A stretch of 64,000 bases of DNA from Paragordius varius (GCA_964247055.1 OZ176051.1:15128001-15192000), one strand, 5' to 3'. Positions 1 to 14,762 are shown, counted from the first letter of the stretch. The notes: generated by a model from the letters alone, not told the origin. Numbers and translations are program-made.

Positions 1-345
1 ACAGTAAGTGAGGCAGACAAATTAATATTAACATAATGAGAAATAGCCGAGTGTATGGTTTTAGATATTGAAGCTGCTACTTTTTTGATCAGTAAAATAT
101 AGGAAACGGTGAGAGATCCATTACTAGAATGTGGGTCAGGTCTATGAAAACAACCCAATTAACTCTTTAGGAAAGCCCTATCAAGGTATCGATAGATAAT
201 GTGACAAAGGAGTTGGAAGGTTAGGTTATGGCAGAAGCGCCTGCCGTTATTTGGTTGTGGTGGGATCAAAATCAAATATTTTTCCTGGGTCGTTAAACAT
301 TAAATATAATACACTGTATCCCAAATCGCCAAGCACAAAAAGTAG
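1..345 (-). mobile_element. Possible decayed LINE apurinic endonuclease fragment
   Basis: Minus-strand translation gives LGDLG (like the APE GDFN motif), then PT..LS and IDLTHIL-like segments, broken by stops. GC is higher than the flanks. Confidence 0.3.
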
Positions 346-2129
346 CCTAGGAACCTATTTATTTTGATAATGTATCAGGATTCTGATACTTTCAGTGCAC
401 ATTTTTAATAAAATATTTTTTGGTAATAAATTCGTTGCTCCAAAAAATATTATTAAAATATATGATATAATATATTTTGAAAAGCAAAACAATACTTTAA
501 TAAAATTTAATATTTAGATGTGGACTCCGAAAGTCCCTTTCTAAAATGGGTTTGTCATATAATTTTATTATATGCTAGATTATGGCATCAAAACATATTT
601 CTTTGAAAAATTCATAATTTGTTTTATACGTACTATCTACGATTTTGAGGCATGATGGAATTATAAGAGAACTGCATATTATAAAAACACTTATTGTATA
701 ATGGTTCTGAACATTAGCCATATTAATGAAAATATTCCTAAAAACTTTGTTTTATGTGAATTGTTTCATATATTCATACAAATTTAATAGCAAACTAACG
801 TTTAAGTGTGAGGTAAATGAAACGTTCATCGAATTGTATAAAAAGTGTAATAATATAAAGTGTTTTTACAACGTTGACATTGAAAATATCATAACACTCG
901 CTTCACCAAAATTTTGCTAATAAAATTTTTAAACATTTCGGAAAAACTTTTCTAACAAAATTTAACAGTCATAAATTTTTATAGCCCAATATCGGATCTT
1001 TGTCTTTTATTTTTTTGCTTATTTTCACGGCCTAAAGTGGAAATACCGTATAATTTTCACTTCTGCAACATTCATAGTATAAATATTTTTATACAATATT
1101 CTGAAAATATTTTATCGACTAATCTTTTATGGGTTCAAGCACAAAATTGGAATGAAACAGTAGCCCTATATCCAAATACAATATTCAGGCATAAAACTTC
1201 CTAAATCAAAGAAGTTGGTGAAGTTTGTATTCATATTGTAAAAATATTTATATATTGTACGTTTCAAAATATACCACTTCCGCTTTGCAAACACACAAAA
1301 AATGCTGCATATACGAAATTGGGATGTATAAAAAATTGTGAATATATGTTTTTTAGTGACCCGTAAGAATCGGAACCAAAAGGACCATGAGAATAACATC
1401 AAAATATATTTATCAGAGAATATGTATTCTGTGGTACTTTTAAAATCGAATCGAAAGATTAGTGCGCATTATACCAAGTAAAATGTTTAAAAGCCGACGC
1501 TTCATCCAAAAAATAATTTAAAATTATGTTATACTATATTTAGTAGCAAATTTTAAATTAAAAGAACGTAGAAAGCCGAAATGGCGCTGAAATTTTATAA
1601 ATGACAGATGACATAAAAAATTGATCATTAAAATATTTACTTGCTTAAATAACAAAGTTAAATTTTGTTTACGTTATTTTTGGGGTATTTTGAAACTCCT
1701 TAGAAACATTATTAAACATTAAGATTTAAATACACTTTCTATAATTAGATGCTGCTAACTTTTATAATTTAATGATATTAGGCGAAAATTCGTGCGACAA
1801 CAGGAACATACATTGTGTTTTTTAGATAAAATTTTTTAATTTAAAGGTAAACAATTAACTAAAAATATCTTTTGACACCAAAGTTTAGCTAAATTATCTA
1901 ATGGGTTTCGCCACCATGCTTCATTTTACCTTTTAAAAATATATTTTGATATGTAGCATATATATAAAATTGTTATGGCACAATTACGTTTATTATATAA
2001 AAATCTATTTTATTAAAGTTAAAAAATTTTGATTGAAGACCTCTAAAAAAAGTTATAGATTTTTGCGTTTATCAAACTATATATTATCAAATATTTTGGT
2101 TAAAGTCTTGACCATTAACAAATATATAT

Positions 2130-3273
2130 CACTGTGGGCCAAAAATTTTTAACAAAAAAATTATTGGCACAAGCTTGTTCATGACAAGCTTCATTGCCGC
2201 AAAAACTTTTTATTGTTGACAACCTATTTTTTAGAATATTGAGTGAAAATCAAAATCAGACAAGAGTAAAAATTAAGGATAATTCAATTCAAAAAATAAT
2301 AATAAAATTTGAGATATTATGGTTTATTATCATTTTATGATATATGTTCAATATATAATTAGCCTAAAATCATATAGTTAGGGTTACTATAAAATTTAGG
2401 CTCAAAGGATGGTGTTATTCTTTTACAATTAAAAGATAACAATAATGAAACTGTATTAAAATATTTTTTTTACTTATCTACTAGCTAAACTCACTATTAA
2501 AATGCATATTTTATTCGAAAAAAAACTTATATATAAAAATAAAAGCAAAATAGTGATTTTTATTTTTGCATTTTTTTGTCATCTGGTTCATGAGTGTTTA
2601 TAAAATTTTTACTCTTTTATTTTGGGTTCTTACATGTGTGGGAATTATTTTATATATAATTTGTAAAATAGAAATTAAAAGAAGTGGAAGATCAACCAAC
2701 AAACCTACCAATCCCTGTAACAAGTCCGTTTTATGACAAATCAAAATTTTTATTGGGATTTGTACGAATTTTTTTGCATAAATAATATACTTAAGGTCCC
2801 ATTGATGTTGGATTTCAAAATACAGTATAAATTTTTCATGAACCAGATGAAAATAAAATGCAAAAATTAAAATAAATATTGGTTTTTTTATATATAAGTT
2901 TTTTTATTGAATAAAATATGGATGTTAAGAATTTAATACTGAGTTGTTATTTAATAATTAAAAATTTTTTTTAATATATTTTATAAAAAAATTGTTTTTT
3001 AAATCTGTTAAAAGAAAAAGCCATTTTCTGAGCTGAAATTTTATTGAACCCTAACTATATGATTTTAGGCTATTTATCTAAAATGATAATAAACCATAAT
3101 ATGACCATTTTATTATTATTATTTGTATCCTTGATTTTCATTTTTGCCCGATTTCGATTTTCGCACAATGTTTTAACAATTTGGTTTTCAAAAAATAATA
3201 ATTTTTGCGAATGAATTTGCTGGTCGTAAGCTTTCTCATGAAAAATTTGTTAAAAAAACTCTTGCACACAGTG
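2130..3273. mobile_element. Long-arm foldback MITE with CACTGTG termini
   Basis: Arms of about 500 bp are imperfect inverted repeats (e.g. ttagcctaaaatcatatagttagggtt at ~2359 vs aaccctaactatatgattttaggcta at ~3047). Ends are cactgtg (2130) and cacagtg (3267-3273), similar to Transib/CMC termini. No clean TSD. Confidence 0.6.
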
Positions 3274-4106
3274 TAGTATTCCATATGTGCGGTAAGATTG
3301 CTACTTCGATAGGAAAAATTAAAAAAAGAAAAATAATTCTTATGAATTTTGAATCCCAAAACTAAAAGCAACATGCCTAATACATCTATAAATATTTATT
3401 TTCATATATCAAACCAATATATTCATTCGTGATTTATATTTAGCGTTAATAAAATTATGTAATATCAATTCAAAATTTTATTGAAAGTTCACCAAATTTA
3501 TGGCACGCCTTGCTTTCACACTAAATATGGGAATACCAAAATAATATCCTCTGTAGAATATTTAAAAAGTTTAAGCTTAATTCATTAATTAATTCATAAA
3601 ATATTTTAACCATTTCATAATCTGGTAAAATTCCAATATTATGAATTTTTGCATGAAACCTTTTTACTAATATTATATATATTATTTAAAAATTTTGCGT
3701 TGTTTGCGTATATATAGCCTAAAAATAATCAGTTGCGAATACTTATTTTTCGCATTATGGCGTTTAGTCCCGATTTTATTCGGCAAATGAAAACCCATTC
3801 ATTTATTTTTAAATATATAACGGAGATCACTATATAATTCAAGGTAATATAAGTGGTAAATTATTTAAATTTTTTTATACCACATTACATTGCAAAACTA
3901 TATAAAAATTAAACCTTTTATTATAGGCAAAAAACTTAAGGTTCCAACCAGGGCCAAAATTAATAGTGCAGTTTTTACCAAAATTGATGTTTGAGTTGCC
4001 ATTTTGTTTTTTACTATTAATCGATTCTCTGTTGGGATGAAAATAAATTAAAATTTCTTAGCATAAACTATAACAAATAAATAGAACTGCGTATCGGGGT
4101 AAATAT

Positions 4107-4740
4107 CCTGATGAAATGTATATAATTTATAGAAAAATGAATCAGGATTATCATGTGCTTTTGGTTTTGGTCCTTACGAGTGATTTAAGAAAGTTTTTAC
4201 ATTTGTTTATTACAAAATGGCATAATTCACACATTTATTTAGGTGAAATTTTAACGATTTTAAATTATTATATGTCATAAACTCTATAAAAAACCAACAT
4301 TATTTTTTAGATGTGGACTTTTAAATATTTTTGCTCCTAAGAGAGTTCTTTTAAATAAACCCAAAAATGCTGAAAGAGGTTAAAATAATAGTAAATTCTG
4401 AATTCTGATATTAATAAAAGGTTTTTCTAAAAAATGTATTTTGCTCAAAAATATATTTTATAGCAAAATATTAAGCCTAGTTCATCTATTTTAGGGTATG
4501 TGGGATCGATATAGGAAATACTTTATTAAATAATAAAAATTATATTTAATTAAAATATTTGTTCGCCTTAAAATTTTTTAAATAAAAATTGTGTTTTTTA
4601 TGCAAGACGACCCAAATTAAAAACAAAACATTTATATTGCATTTGCCATTTGTGTAGCAACTATATAGCGGAAATAACTTTCTTAAATTACTGATAATGA
4701 TACGGTTACATTAATATATATATATATATATTTCATCAGG
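4107..4740. mobile_element. MITE with cctgatgaaat terminal inverted repeats
   Basis: cctgatgaaat at 4107 and atttcatcagg ending at 4740. The internal motif tttagatgtggac recurs at ~515 and ~8390, and related ends lie at ~1350-1400 and ~39230. Confidence 0.55.
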
Positions 4741-6238
4741 ACATTTTTATAGACACTATGTAATCAAATATGTAATTAATACTTTTAAAAGAAAAGTCTG
4801 TTAGTAAATTTATGTAAATTAATTTAAATGAATTTTTCCGGAAGAGTAAGCATTTTCATTCAATTTAGAGGATTAAAAATGGTTTTATTCCTGCTCGAGT
4901 TATCATATTTTTACATATTGATGAAATTTCAGGATTTATGATTTTACCGAATTTTTGAATTTTTATTTTTTATTTCATAAAACACTTCTATGTTGCATCC
5001 AACATTTTCACGCAAAAATTACATAGTAAATAAAATTAGGGGTTTACCACAGAGTTTTGTCCAATATTGAATATTAATAATTATAGATGTTTAACAAAAA
5101 GTAAAATAATTTTATGAAAATATCGCCTTTTTATATGTTTTAGGATAACCAATTTCGGGTCCTTCATATGTATTTTAAATTCCTTTTTTAGCGATAGCCT
5201 TGTAAAAACATATACCGCGTAACATTTGATTAAATAATTCTATTGCCCTAAAGTTTTTCACATATTTTTATCTGAAAATTAAAATATATTAAAAATTTAT
5301 GTGAGATTGTCATTGAAATAAAAATATTATTTTAGAAGGTCATAAAGATCTATAATATATTATAAATATATATTTTTTTACTTAAATTCATTTGGTTTAG
5401 TAAAACCATATAATATAAATATGAAAAACCAGATATAATAAATATATGTATTAGCATCAAGGTTAAAAACCATAAAAGATTTATCCCAATTAAAGAACTT
5501 ATAATTATTCTATTTGTTCAAGTGTTTTCTGTTAAAATCAATTGAAAATATAATATATGTTAAAATTAAGTTTAATGATCTCCGATTCTGTACTATATGG
5601 TATTAAGGCATTATATATAATGTAAGTTTACTTGTCTACTTCTAGAAAACGCACAAAATATATGTCAAAAAATATTTACTCGCCATTTAAATTTATATAA
5701 ATATTCCGCTTTTAAATACATTTTTTGAGTAGATCCTAAACGATCAATAAATGGAAATATGAACAATATTACCCTTTTATTTACTGATAATTTATAAAAA
5801 ATGAATAAGATGGTCTTTACAAATCGATATGATTGTCTGAATGAGATGAGAGAAAGGCGTGATCACGTCATTTAATTAACAAATTTATTAACAACGATTG
5901 TTTGTTTTAGCCTGTAGCCAACAAGCAATTAATTATGATTTTAAGGATATAAGAGAATTCCTATATTTATGTTACTTATTGTTCATCTATTGACTTTCTT
6001 AAGTTTTGCGTTAATATTGGACGGACCTCTGTCCTGCCTTTTACAATTTTGATATTTTTGGAAATCTTATCAATATACGGAGTGTAAAAATGTTGGTAGA
6101 AGGGTGGTTGATTAAATTTATATGCTCTTCTGATATATAAATCAAAATTATCATATTTTGTTTGAGCCCTTAGGAGTCATGTAAGAAAATAACACTTTTG
6201 GGTTACTTGGTCTCCATAAAAAATTCTTAAAATTAGGG

Positions 6239-6300
6239 CAGTGGCGTACCGATGAAGGGTTTAGCATGACCCTGGAGCCGTTATTTAGGGGCGGCATTTT
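6239..6300. mobile_element. Isolated end of hAT MITE family
   Basis: cagtggcgtaccga...ccgttatttaggggcg matches the reverse complement of the right end of the 34281-35383 element. Confidence 0.55.
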
Positions 6301-7404
6301 CTTTATATAAATTTAAAGTATGCAAATATAATAACAACTTTCATGTAATACTCCTTTAGACTTGTGCAATAAGGGCGTCTAGGTATGTTTTTTTATAAAA
6401 ATTATTTGGCAATTTATGTAATAGTCCCTAAAATAATATAAAATATAAATGAGATCAAGAGTACACATTATGCACTTTCTGCCCAAACGTAACCCTATCA
6501 CTTCTAATAAATTATAAATTCATTTTTTATTTAATCAAATATTATTTTAAAACTCAAGATAATTAATTTAAAAAACATTCTATCCATAACAAGGTATTAT
6601 TAATTTTATTGTCATCTCAGCGGTTACGGAAATAGGAAAGAAAAATTTAAAACTGACTATGAAATATTATTAAACGAAAATAAATTCTGACCATTGAATT
6701 AAATAAAATGTATGCGGCAGCACAAAACGGTACCCCTTAATATTATAATTTAAATACTGACACTTTAGTTATTGATTCAATAAATAGGGGAAAACGTTTA
6801 TATATCTTTTGGCTTTAAAAGTTAATATTAAATTGATTGAAATATAAAACATATATATTATGGACTTATATCTGACGCTGGATAAAGTATACGGAGAACA
6901 AATTCAGTTGTTAAGTAAGTATTTATTGATTATAAGAAAAAAAATTGTTTAAAAGAATCTTTTTTGGATTTTTAACAGTAAAGATGCAATAAGAAAATTT
7001 AAATATGTAAAATATTCATTTATCAAATTGCTAATGTCAATGCTATGATAATGCAGTTATGATGTCGGGTCACATGCAGGCAGAATGGAAAAAAACAAAA
7101 AATATTTTTAAACTTTAACAATGAATTTAGTGTAGCAAAACAAGATGTTATTAGAGTGACCCGTTTTGGAATAATTAATAATATTTACCTTTTTTGACCT
7201 TGAACTATTAAATGGGACTAAATAAAAAATTAATAAAACTGTCAAGCGTGAGTCTCCGATGAAGCATTAGAATTCGAAATGTTAATGCTATTGTTAAGGG
7301 AATAGTTGATTTGAAAGAGTTATTAAAAGGTTTAATTAAAAAACTTCAAATACTAGTGAAACAATAAGTATGACGTCCGTTCTCAATTTTTTATTATTTT
7401 TTTG

Positions 7405-7590
7405 ATGGTATAGTGGGTAGGGCACCGGACTCTTACACTACATGCCAGATTCCCCAAAACACGCAATTTTTCCATCATCACCGTTAAACCTTAGCAGGTG
7501 AGTTTTATAGCCTTCAAAGTCCAAATACAATTTGAGTCCTTACCCTTTAATATAAAAGAAAAAAAGAGACTATAAACTGTATATTTATTT
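7405..7590 (+). mobile_element. tRNA-derived SINE copy
   Basis: tggtatagtgggtagggcaccggactcttac resembles a Pol III A box plus anticodon arm. It is homologous over about 150 bp to 52362-52535. Confidence 0.5.
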
Positions 7591-7679
7591 ATTAATTTTT
7601 TTGTGGCATCAAATATTTAAAAAAATTGATAGAGTTTTAACTTAGATTGTATAGCATTAGGAACCTGGAATCCTTAACT

Positions 7680-8215
7680 ACTGTTTAGGTATACGGAATT
7701 AGTTTTGCGAGGAAGCCATAAAAAACGCTATTGTATGTGCAAACTGGAATGTTTCTATATTTATATCAAACCATGCTAGAAAACCAAAAAAATTTCAAAA
7801 AGACTCAGAGGTTATGATTCTTTCTGCTGAAATGAAGTTTATCGTATGAATGGTTAAGCAACATGAAATGGAAAAGCGATTTCTAGACTGAGAAATTTCA
7901 ATTCTAAATTTGGATTTTGATGGATATCGAAAATTAATTGACGCGTAACAATAACAATAAAAAAATTTGTAAATCTAAAGGCGAATCTTTCAGCACACAT
8001 TTTAATGGAACAGATCTTTTTATGGAAATTTGTAATTGTAGGATAATTATCCTATTTCGAAAAGATATTGAACCTATTCCGTTAGAACTCTTAACCTTTA
8101 TAATTTGATACGGCGAAGATGTGTTCCCCAATTTAAGGGTTGCGCTTCAACTTTTAACTATTTTAAAGTCAGTCGCTAGTTGTAAAAGGGCATTCAGTAA
8201 TGTGACCAGATATTT
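7680..8215 (+). mobile_element. hAT transposase C-terminal remnant (dimerisation domain)
   Basis: Translation includes EDVFPNLRVALQLLTILKSVASCKRAFSNV, matching the hAT dimerisation motif FPNL..AL....T...SVASCERSFS. Interrupted by stops and frameshifts. Confidence 0.8.
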
Positions 8216-9124
8216 TAAACTTTAACGCAGTACAAAATTATAACATACTTTGCCTGTTTTTACACCATCGGTGTGGTATATTTCCAGTTTCCACAAAACT
8301 GATCCAAATGATATATATTTATATATATATATATATATATTCTGATGGGAAAATATCAGTATTATCATGGTGCTTTTGGGTTAAATTTTTAGATGTGGAC
8401 CCTGAAAGTCCCAAATTTTTGGCTCTTTTAAAATAGACTGTTTATTAAAATAAACGGAAAATTCCGACATTGTGCAATAATTTTTTATATGTGCTAAATT
8501 TTGACCACTAAATATATTTTTAAAAAAATGCATACTTTCAAAATAATTTTTAGCAAGATTTTGTTGAAGCCTTGAGCATGATGGAAATGATATAAACGTA
8601 AGATGTTATAACAATTTATACATTCGATAATTCTAATTTCAATCAGAATTTGGTTTTCATTTTCAAATTTATGTAAAAATTGTTTTTTTATAAAACACCC
8701 AAATTTGTAAGCAAAGTAATCTTTAAATTAAAATTCTGGTTGTTCATCATCATCGAATTATTTAGAAAAAGGGTTTTATTATATCTTAGAGCGTTATACC
8801 GTTTCATTCATGCTTAAAATCGTTAGAAGTAAGCTTCAACAATTTATTTTTTTATGAAATAAGAACACTAATGAAAATTAATTAGGAAATAAATTAAGTA
8901 ATATCAAACCTCCCACCTAATGAGTATAGAAAACGTAAAAACACATAATTTTTACCAAAAAAGGTTATCTCGAAATTATATGCCATATATAATAAATTTT
9001 TAAATTATAGTTACGGGAATAACAATTTTCTATATCATTTTCCGTATAACTATAAAAAAAGGAACTTCTAAACTTGATCAAACATTTATTAAATATCATA
9101 AATTAATTTTGTTAATTTTAAATT

Positions 9125-9214
9125 TTGAGGCACTTATTTTTGCGGAAACCCTGAGTGAAAGAGCCTTTAGCCTGAATCTTACGGTGGATTGGGAGATTTA
9201 TAGTTTCGCCACTG
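9125..9214. mobile_element. hAT MITE right end
   Basis: tagtttcgccactg at 9201-9214 nearly matches the TIR tagttccgccactg of the 48220-49348 element. Confidence 0.4.
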
Positions 9215-9529
9215 CGGAAAGGCTGCGGTTGACCGATCCAAAATCAAATTTTATGTATAGTTCGAGCAGAAAATAAAATATTAATCAAATAAAAATAGGC
9301 CAATCTTAGTGTACCGCAAAATGAACTACAAATTATGGGGTTTTTTTACAGAGGGTACTATATCGAATTCTAAAATATTTTTTATGAATAAATAGAAGGT
9401 ATTCAATATATATATTCATAAATAATAATTTTTTTTACTTTCAAAAAGCAGTGCAAAAGTGGGCGCAGTACAGTCGCAGTTTTTTTCTATAAATCCAGTA
9501 CTGTACTGCGTACAGCCTATCTGGTCACA

Positions 9530-12500
9530 TTTAACTACGCGGATGGATACGGTTGGCAAAACGGAACTTATAATGCAAGGATGCCATAGACAGGTATAGC
9601 GAAATAGTTTACGGATATGATTGCTCAAGAGTGATATCATATAATGTAATTATTATTGAAAGCTAATCATGTAATCCTACATGGTATATTTTTAATATAA
9701 TATATGTGGCTTAAAAATCTTGATGTTTAATGCGTGTGTGCTACAATTTGTTCACTATATCTAATGGCTGATTTTTTTTATAGATTATGGACGCTACAGG
9801 ATATGGTTATACCAGCATTAATTAATAAAGTTATGTTATTGATATTTAATTAAAATCTTGTTTTTATCCGTTAGTTAATCTCTTCAAGTAAGGGTATATT
9901 CGATAAAATTGTTAATTGGTAATTATTTAATCGGATATAAGAATAGAAATGTTATGTTTGTTTAATTTTTTGATAATTTTAAAATTATATTGGCCATCCT
10001 ATATTAATGTGAATCTAGAAAAAAGTTATTATGCAATAAATACCATATAATTAACAATAAACCCCAACTAATTCATCACCGGTTAAAACTAAAACCGGGT
10101 AGGTTCCTATGAAAATAAAACTGAGAGTAAGTGGAATGTTAAAATCTCAGGAATGGGATTCCGGCTCGAAACTGTGTCAATTGGCCGATATGGTGAATAG
10201 GCTGGCATAATTTACATACTGTATATGCACATTAATCTTACACCGATATTTCAGTATATAATATATATATATATATGGTTTTTTATCATGTGTTTAATTT
10301 ATTTAATATCCAAAATTAAAAATCCATATTATAAGCCCTAAAAAACAAATATATCATATATTTGGCACACTTTTACCCAACACATTGCCAAAAATAACGC
10401 GCTTTATATTAAATTAATTTATAAACTTGGCGTCAATTAATTTTCATAAATTTTAGGAAAAAATTGGGGTTTAATAGTTAAAAAATTTAATCAATATTTA
10501 CGTATCCAAGATAGCGTCCAAAACTACATTAAAAAGTAAAATTATCCCGAATATTTTAGCAATTATAAATATTTATTTAGGCATTTGATAGAGTATATAT
10601 AGAACTGCCATAAATGACCAAAATCACATTATTTTGTCAAATCAAACGAATTCATAATGATTGCCCTATCCTCTCTTTTGACCATCTTTATCGTTTCTAT
10701 CGCCATGTCCGATTGTAGATTGCTTAAAGGGACAGAAACCAGCAATATTGGTAATATATATTTTTAAATTACCATATATAACAAAGGATACTAATAACAA
10801 GTTCAAGATGTTTACCAAATTATATTAAATCTAATTGATATAAATCAAATATTTTACCTAATGTTTATCAGAATGCAGAGTTACACAGGCAGCAGATATG
10901 GGTGTACAAAATTTGAGACTTTGCTTGTCTGGATTTAGCATTGGGTCTCGACCTCATTATTCTGTGATGGCTTCTTTCGATGAACCTAACCGATTAAACA
11001 AAAATCCAATGGTGTATTCCTACCAACTTTGGCCTTATTACAATGCAACTTCCTTGTTTGAAGCTTATGGTCCCACATGGGCTAATGCTTTACATGTAAA
11101 ATAATTTATTTCTCTTTGTTATATATAATGTTACCGTTTTCGTATATTTATCCAGGCTAAGCATTTTGAGTTGCCGAGATTGGTACCACAGCAAGAGTAC
11201 ATGTTAAAGGTATCAGCCTCACAAAAAAATATTTCACGAGGATCTTTTGCAGATTTCTTGCGATTTAAAGGTATTTCGCAGTATTTTAAACATATATGCC
11301 ATTTACGTTTAAATTGAGCTTTTAATACATAGAATCACCCTTTATTTAACGTATACATCAATAATACGTTTCTGAGCCTAACACTTTATTATCTTCATGG
11401 TAGTTTTGTACTCCCAGAGAGAATAAATAATTATTTAGATTTTTATATTGGTTTGAATTTAAAAAGCATTCTTTAGCCTTGGGAGGGCGTAAAAATTTCC
11501 GAATAACGTAAAAATATAAAAAGATACTTTGCAATTCATTTCGCCATAATTTTTTCGTTGCAATTTTAAACAACGGACAAATTATTGTACACTGTTAAGA
11601 ATAATGTTTGAAAATTAAATTTTATATAAAATATATACAAAACTAACCTAATGATATTGTCAAAAAATTACCAACTTAAATGGTTAAAAAAATTGTGGCA
11701 TATAAAATAATTTATATAATCCCGATTGGAAAGTTTAGCTAAAAAATTTAATTATGAGCTATAAAGGTCAAAGTGTGATTTATAAGTCTTTAAGGCTGAA
11801 TTTATAATGCCAATGTTTATTACATACTTCTATCATCCCTTCTTTTTTAGTGTCAGTGAATGGAAATGATTATAACCTTGAACAGCATGGTATGATATTT
11901 TTTATTCATTTACTAATAACTAAAATTTATTCTTATCTAATACTGAATGCCAAATAGACATTTCCAAATCTTTTGCTAAAATTGTTCGGGCTACCACTAC
12001 CTTTACTAATGAAGGCCGCACCAAAGATTTATTTGTATATATTGAGCCCCTTTCCGAACATTTTGCCAAGGCTTATGGGATTGAAAATTTGGATATCATA
12101 TTAAGTCGCCCAGATGTAGAAGGAGAAAAGGCTCGACATGGAACTCTCGGTGTAAGTATTTACATCAGAATATTTTATATTAGCAACATTTGCAATATAT
12201 ATTTTAATTAATAGTTAAAAAGCAGAATGTATCGGTTTTCCAACTTAAATCCAAGCTCTGAATATGAAGTCATCATTCGTCCTATATATAAAAATGGGGC
12301 TCATGCTTCAACAGAATACCTCTCTCACCGGATCTATGTAGATTTGGCTCAATGTTAAACTCCTATTTGTTTAGATTATACTGTTCACCTATCAAAAAAT
12401 GTAGTTTTTTTCAAATTTTAGCCAATATATCTATTATAATAAATAATACACATATGAATATTATGAAGATTAACCAATAAAAAAATACATCAAAAATATA

Positions 12501-12552
12501 AATGCAGTAGAATTCTTTGGGCAATTTACTAGCTTTCGATTCGTAAAGACAA
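9530..12552. repeat. Tandem segmental duplication 1, copy A
   Basis: Colinear with 14030-17872. Exons are near-identical, while introns and flanks differ by substitutions and indels. The unit begins with an RTE 3' end fragment (9525-9640). Confidence 0.92.
10657..12358 (+). CDS. Secreted protein with two fibronectin type III-like domains, copy 1 (269 aa, 6 exons)
   Basis: Exons 10657-10750, 10872-11095, 11156-11270, 11851-11889, 11958-12151, 12215-12358; all introns GT-AG; 810 nt in one frame. Signal peptide MIALSSLLTIFIVSIAMS. FN3 signatures FELPRLVPQQEYMLKVSA and YRFSNLNPSSEYEVIIRPIYKNG. A two-gene reading is possible (see findings). Confidence 0.85.
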
Positions 12553-12559
12553 TTTGCTG

Positions 12560-13480
12560 ATAGTTTTATGTTTGGATGGTTTGTAAGGTGATATAAATTC
12601 ATTGGCTGTATTTTTGCAGATTGTGTATATAGAATTCCATATATTTTCAATGTTTGGACATTTTTTTGGGTGTTCAAGACTATTAAAACGATTATGTAAT
12701 GTAAGGCTATAATTATTATCGATGGTATTATAGTCGAGTTTATTACGAAGTGTTTTAGGTTTTTTCTTGGGTAATTGGAGTTTGATGCAGAGCTTAGCAA
12801 CTAAAAGGTTATGATCAGTGTAGCAATGAACTTTTATATTTATTCATGCCAATTATAAAATCATTTTGATTACGGTATTTTGGACACGGGAACGCCATGT
12901 GTAAAGGCGTCTTTTGGATTGATTAAAGAATATGTTTGCTATAAAAATTAATGACTTGGACAAAATTCGATGAGTCGATCGCCTCTGTCGTTTTTTGTTC
13001 CTAGTCTTGCCTCCTACAGGGTATGTATCCTCACCAATGATACTGTTGAAATTCACCAAGGAGAAATAGAATATCTTTTTTGGTACTCGCTTTATTGCTG
13101 TTTTTAGCTCATTGTAAAAGGTTTCGCATTTGTCGTCGCTGTATGAACTGGTTGGAGCGTAGACTTGGAGGATTGCTATGGGCTGATGTGTAGTTTGGAT
13201 CCGTATTGATATCATACGTTCGTTAATAGGATTATAGATGTCGGATAAATCTGCTAATTTCTCCTTCATTATGATACCTGTCCATTGTATTTGAGAGTGT
13301 TGTGTCCGGAATAAAATAGTACGTGATTTTCGAATTCTAAGATGCCATTAGAAGAGATATGTGTTTCAGATACACCGAGTATGTCGATGTTGTATTTTAT
13401 CATTTTGTTTATAACAACATCGATTTTGTTGTTATAAGCACCTCTAAGATTCCAGGTGGCAACTTTTATATTCAAATTCC
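12560..13480 (-). mobile_element. RTE-type LINE 5' fragment (APE endonuclease), frameshifted
   Basis: ORF track peptides KVATWNLRG...DILGVSETH and ERMISIRI...ILQVYAPTS...FYNEL...RRLYTWRS are typical APE endonuclease motifs. Confidence 0.9.
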
Positions 13481-13789
13481 TTGATTAAAATGTTTGAACC
13501 ATTGGAATAAGCAAAAATATGATAGTTTAGGTTTGATAGATTATTATAACGAGAATTTATGACGGAGAATATATGATGGATATTGTGAAGAGATGATTTT
13601 AATAAATGATTTAAAAATATACGAATGTATGGAGATGAGTTAAAATTACATTATTTATGGTAAAAAAATATATTGAATAGGGTAGGTCTACCATACCTTT
13701 CCCTCTCAATTGGTAAACATGTGTTTTTATCACATCAACAGTTCTCTTTTACAGCCAATGATGTATTACTCATAGACCTAATTTGAAGT

Positions 13790-14165
13790 TATTAAAATGG
13801 AATTTTTTTAGATTGAGTGCAGTGTAACGCGAAAAGACAAGACGAGGAATTTATACATTATAGAGGAAATATGGAAATCAAGCCTTTACGCAAAAGAGAT
13901 GCTATATTATCTTAGAAACTGGCACCTAGAAAAAAGAGATGGTAAATACATTGGCAAAAAGATTGAAATATATATATATACATATATATATGTATGTATG
14001 CATATAGAAAGGTAAGAGGGGAAGAGGGTGCACTAAAACGGGATCGATTGATACGGTTAATAGAAACATAACAAAAGTGAACTTAAAACGCAAGGAAACC
14101 ATAGACAGGGTTCTATGGCGAAATAGATTACGGATATGACCGCTCGAGAGTGATATCATATGTAA
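13790..14165 (+). mobile_element. RTE-type LINE 3' end fragment
   Basis: Translation GKRGRGCTKTGSIDTV resembles the RTE C-terminal GKR.RGRP..RWID. Interrupted by a TA-rich microsatellite. Confidence 0.7.
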
Positions 14166-14762
14166 TTAATATTAAAAGCTGTAATATGTAATGCGTATGT
14201 AATCTCACATGTGTGGCTTAAAAAATCTAGATTGCGCTTTGTTCACTATATATAATGGCTGATTTTTTTCGCGGTAATTGATTATGGACGCTATAGGTTA
14301 TGGTTATAACAGCAATAATTAATTATGTTATGTTATTAATCTAATTTAAAAAAAATCTTGTAAATTATATCTGTTTGTTAAGCTCTTCTACTAAGGGTAT
14401 ATTCGATAAAATTGTAAACTTGCTAATTATTTAATCGGATATGAAAGAAAAAAATTGTTATATTAGATTAATTTTTTGATAATTTTAAAATTATGGCCAT
14501 CCTATATTGATGGGAATCCAAAAAGTTCTTTTTTAATAAATACCATATAATAAACAATAAACTCCAACTAATTTCTCACTAAAATCGGCTGGGTTAAGGA
14601 AATGAAACCGAGGGTAAGTGGAATGTTAAAATCTCAGGAATGGGATTCCGGCTCGAAGCCCTTTTATCCATACATTATTATGTTGTCAATTGGCCAATGT
14701 GGTGAATAGGCCGGCATAATGTACATACTGATATGCACATTAATCTTACACCGATATTTCAG

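Noticed and set aside
9462-9508. 11-bp perfect hairpin cgcagtacagt/actgtactgcg
   Set aside because: Single short stem between transposon fragments, most likely a MITE remnant.
726-9640. Short ORFs of 60-80 aa in the first 10 kb and similar ones elsewhere
   Set aside because: They are I/F/K/N/Y-rich frames typical of AT-rich non-coding DNA, or antisense to transposon remnants.
10898-11104. 68-aa ORF (and its twin at 16208) as a standalone small protein
   Set aside because: It is exon 2 of the FN3 gene: the frame is open upstream to an acceptor, and a GT donor precedes the stop.
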